A stretch of DNA of 17,729 nucleotides from an uncultured cyanobacterium (lineage in GTDB: Bacteria > Cyanobacteriota > Cyanobacteriia > Cyanobacteriales > Microcystaceae), in assembly GCA_963807635.1 (NCBI GenBank), contig CAWEDJ010000014.1, positions 1-17,729 on the forward strand. Direction: 5' to 3'. The position numbers were made by a program, and so were the translations under genes. The notes beneath the pieces were generated by a model. The model was not told the DNA's origin. It saw nothing but the letters and a program-made list of their open reading frames with translations, and ran no database searches. Below, piece by piece: positions 17,651-17,729 of this stretch (its first letter is position 1; every line of letters starts with the position of its first letter).

Positions 17651-17729
17651 CTATTTTTGCTGGGTTAGGGCAAATTTAGCAAGTAAATCATTGATGACTG
17701 TTTCACCGTCTAAGCCTTCACCATTATCT
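17651..17729 (-). CDS. parD: 3' end of a ParD-family antitoxin (runs off the window)
   Basis: Reads DNGEGLDGETVINDLLAKFALTQQK*, a typical ParD C-terminus (GEGxDGE.V). Its stop is 2 nt before the parE ATG. Confidence 0.75.
   Translation of the reverse strand, partial: DNGEGLDGETVINDLLAKFALTQQK

Noticed and set aside
1..17729. CRISPR array, tRNA, rRNA or riboswitch
   Set aside because: No regularly spaced repeats and no recognisable structured-RNA signature was seen in any intergenic region.

Overview
Cyanobacterial chromosomal segment, shown by about 20 HIP1 GCGATCGC sites (counted by eye) and ndhV, DUF3110 and DUF29 genes. The left half, all on the minus strand, holds aqpZ, a divergent EF-G paralogue and a putative fermentation operon (nifJ/PFOR, DUF29, NrdG-like radical SAM, DHOD-like flavoprotein, pfkA). 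A small AT-rich accessory islet follows, with two intact type II toxin-antitoxin pairs (DUF2281/VapC and DUF433/DUF5615), a decayed RelN-like antitoxin and an orphan 277-aa gene resembling Abi-alpha/DUF4393. The right half has ndhV, DUF3110, murQ and an M50 site-2 protease, then a parD-parE pair whose toxin is split by a 110-bp MITE. A second, unrelated 144-bp MITE with a 9-bp target duplication and an internal Fur-box-like palindrome lies between pfkA and the EF-G paralogue. Four single-base frameshifts (aqpZ, EF-G twice, murQ) look like sequencing errors; three sit at motifs that are methylated in cyanobacteria. All family assignments come from motif recognition, not database searches.
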